Shown: positions 30,528-32,000 of the stretch, piece after piece
Layout of the letters: every line of letters begins with the position of its first letter
How positions within the stretch are numbered: position 1 is the first letter of the stretch
DNA from: Paramicrosporidium saccamoebae KSL3
Taxonomy: Eukaryota; Fungi; Cryptomycota
Direction of reading: 5' to 3'
Assembly (NCBI GenBank): GCA_002794465.1
Contig: MTSL01000150.1
Location: 119,448 to 151,447 of the forward strand
Length of the DNA stretch: 32,000 nt
Program-made: the position numbers and the translations under genes
The notes under the pieces: generated by a model
Databases searched by the model: none
Told to the model about the DNA's origin: nothing
The model's input: the letters and a program-made list of their open reading frames with translations, nothing else

Positions 30528-31115
30528 CTACTTTGTCCCAAGAAAGTCAAATATCAACACATTATCGCCTGTTGTACTGGGATCGTCCGATGTCGAAAAG
30601 CCAGTTGCAAGAAACGTGTCCAACGGTTGTACATGTCGGCCCCCGGTGACACTGTCAGAAGGAGGAGAGCTGCCGGTAGAGGGGCTACTAGAGGATCGTT
30701 CTTGACGTCTTCGCGGCTGCAGCTGCGCATGTCGAATGTTAACAGCCTTCGGGTTGTTGGGCTCAGGGGCACAAGTCTTTGCAATTCGCAAAATTGCTTT
30801 AATATGCTCTGACCTCGAAGCGTGGATTCCTGCCATAGCCCAAATTTGCACCAGCTGTTCGTCAGTCGCATAGTCTTTAAAAAACTTTATCGGCAGTTGC
30901 TTCAAATCACTTTTAGTGGCACCGGCAAAATCAATCCGACCAGGTTGTAGGTAGAGGTTCATCTTGTGTAGCCATTCTCGTACGGAGCAGTCATCAAAGG
31001 CGTTGTCTAAATTAAGCACCGTCCTTTTGCCCTCTTCGTCGACGAGGTAGAGGACAGCCGAGACACGGAGGACTAAACCAAGAAGGAGCGCAATCCACAG
31101 CGTAGGCCAAAGCAT
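30528..31115 (-). CDS. Secreted orphan-family protein P3, 195 aa
   Basis: Signal peptide-like MLWPTLWIALLLGLVLRVSA, core RIDFAGATKSDLKQLPIKFFK and a Ser/Pro-rich tail. Confidence 0.82.
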   Translation of the reverse strand: MLWPTLWIALLLGLVLRVSAVLYLVDEEGKRTVLNLDNAFDDCSVREWLHKMNLYLQPGRIDFAGATKSDLKQLPIKFFKDYATDEQLVQIWAMAGIHASRSEHIKAILRIAKTCAPEPNNPKAVNIRHAQLQPRRRQERSSSSPSTGSSPPSDSVTGGRHVQPLDTFLATGFSTSDDPSTTGDNVLIFDFLGTK

Positions 31116-31446
31116 AGACCGTCCCGCGGGCGGGCTGGTCATATAAGGGGAGATTACATATTTCACGTGACCTTTGCAAATTTCTCAACACTTTATCTAG
31201 TCAGCTAGTTGATCTTGTGATACTATATTTCTCCTGATTGATGACTATTTAACACTGCATGGTCAGTACACAAGTAATGCAACAGGCCGAAATTAAGCCC
31301 TTTTACAGGAGGACGAATGGCTCCAGGGCGATACTAGACCCTTCCAAATATATATACTCTCTCATAACTACACATATTTATGCAAATAGCACTGTCATCT
31401 CGACACATTTGGTCCGCCGGACACCCCCTGTCAGGCCTCATATCAA

Positions 31447-31770
31447 ATGGTAAGTACCTTCCCACACATCCCTACACCCACCAATCCCCCTTCCATCCAT
31501 CCCGCCGATACTAAATTTGTAGCCGAAACAGATCCAGGATATCAAAGAGTTCTTGGCCTTGGTGAACAGCAAGGACACCAAATGTACATTCTCGTCCGTT
31601 GACTAACGCATGTAGCCATCAAGATTAAGCGCAACAAGGACAACGTCAAGTTCAAGGCGCGCACTCCCCGTTTCCTGGTCACCTTGGTGGTGAAGGATAC
31701 CGAGAAGGCTGAGAAGATTATCAAGCTCCTCCCGCCGACCCTGAAGCCCACTTATATCAAGTCTGCTTGA
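31447..31770 (+). CDS. RPL38: 60S ribosomal protein L38 (eL38), 72 aa; exons 31447-31449, 31523-31583, 31616-31770
   Basis: The spliced product is [12 protein letters not shown]...[33 protein letters not shown]. Introns are 73 and 32 nt. It is absent from the ORF track. Confidence 0.93.
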
Positions 31771-31807
31771 ACACTGTTCTGATACATAATAAAGCGCTTT
31801 ATTCGGA

Positions 31808-32000
31808 TTAGGCGGTAGTGGTTTGGGCGGAACGAAGTTTAAGAGTCGTCTTCTTGGCAGTCTTTTTTTGTTCGACCTGAGCAATATTGGTGGAACGATC
31901 CACGCCAGAGACACCATCTCGGAAACGTGTCCGGAAGAGCACATTTGCGTTTGCAAACATGCCCTCTTTTAGAGAGACGACAATGAACTGTGATCCCCTA
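31808..32000 (-). CDS. SMC2: Condensin subunit SMC2, C-terminal fragment (gene continues beyond the window)
   Basis: The minus frame reads [32 protein letters not shown], the Smc2 terminal motif, and ends at TAA 31810-31808. Confidence 0.88.
   Translation of the reverse strand, partial: RGSQFIVVSLKEGMFANANVLFRTRFRDGVSGVDRSTNIAQVEQKKTAKKTTLKLRSAQTTTA

Noticed and set aside
2821-31615. Idea that intron ends pair (GTAC with GTAG) as a hairpin or introner signature
   Set aside because: Both ends co-occur in 9 of 14 GTAC introns, versus about 9.2 expected from independent frequencies; intron interiors are not similar to each other.
31603-31956. 117-aa minus-strand ORF from the track
   Set aside because: The conserved SMC2 C-terminus is in a different minus frame, and this ORF overlaps RPL38 antisense.

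Overview
Gene-dense eukaryotic nuclear DNA with fungal-type housekeeping genes: OAC1, PKA catalytic subunit, HUS1, an MFSD1-like transporter, MDM34, a LYAR-type zinc finger, pantothenate synthetase, an F-BAR protein, PPCS/CAB2, SF3B4, MED15, MED10, PTC7, AGM1/PGM3, a WD40 protein, WDR33/PFS2, LOA1/VPS66, a VPS9-domain GEF, RPL38 and the 3' end of SMC2. I inferred about 29 spliceosomal introns, nearly all 27-34 nt, and many intergenic gaps are only 6-50 bp. This fits a compacted early-diverging fungal relative such as Rozellomycota or an early microsporidian (inference, not verified). Two things are not explained by the housekeeping genes. (1) At 27.2-31.1 kb there is a tandem trio of intronless, signal-peptide-bearing orphan paralogs sharing a 21-aa core motif; two carry textbook bipartite NLSs, so they are a candidate secreted nucleus-targeted effector family. 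(2) A dispersed ~210-240 bp solo-LTR-like element occurs three times, with TG..CA ends, a TATA box and a polyA signal; the copy inside that cluster has a perfect 4-bp target-site duplication. All family assignments come from remembered motifs; no database searches were run.
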